This document shows, in pieces, positions 63,881 through 64,000 of a stretch of DNA of 64,000 nucleotides (its first letter is position 1; each line of letters begins with the position of its first letter). Under the pieces are notes generated by a model. That model ran no database searches and was not told where the DNA came from. It was given only the letters and a program-made list of their open reading frames with translations. The DNA comes from Guillardia theta CCMP2712. Its lineage: Eukaryota; Protista; Cryptophyta. The stretch spans positions 169,849 to 233,848 of the forward strand of contig NW_005434564.1 in assembly GCF_000315625.1 (NCBI RefSeq). The letters are read 5' to 3'. The position numbers and the translations under genes were made by a program.

Positions 63881-64000
63881 CTGAGAAGGAGCAAGAGGGG
63901 GGGTAGGGGTGGGGAACCGGAAGGAGTAGAAGAAGAGCTCTGAGGCGATGGTGAGCGGCATCGGGATGAAACAGGAGGAGAGGACAGCTGAAAAGTCCGG

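Noticed and set aside
1-64000. Autonomous mobile elements (transposase, RT, Fanzor/TnpB, viral genes)
   Set aside because: No such motifs were found in any ORF. The CCHC knuckles are intron-split and lack gag-pol context.

Overview
This is eukaryotic nuclear DNA: gene-dense, intron-rich, with three N-gaps. Bipartite leaders, 45-65 nt GT-AG introns with CTGAC/CTAAC branch sites and the gene content suggest a cryptophyte alga of the Guillardia/Hanusia type (inference). Confident genes are FolD, SRP68, a HUWE1/UPL1-type HECT E3 ligase, a cytosolic carboxypeptidase (CCP/AGBL), a TylF-family O-methyltransferase and an ARM-repeat protein. Less certain genes are a CRAL-TRIO protein, a bHLH-PAS protein, a Ubl-Ubl-Ig-like protein, a LOTUS-like/triple-CCHC protein, an RFX/D5-like winged-helix protein and several unknowns. 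The most interesting non-coding signals are: (1) a ~200-nt self-complementary element present twice at 44.7-45.35 kb, whose 28-nt end motif recurs at 6.9 and 58.8 kb; (2) a ~185-nt near-perfect hairpin at 58.3-58.5 kb; (3) a repeated intergenic layout of GGGT-rich tract, AT-rich spacer and palindromic GC/CpG island; (4) a recent inverted partial duplicate of the TylF gene with a minisatellite at its breakpoint. There is also an apparent 1-nt frameshift in the HECT domain. Exon structures were read by eye and domain calls come from motif recognition, not database searches.
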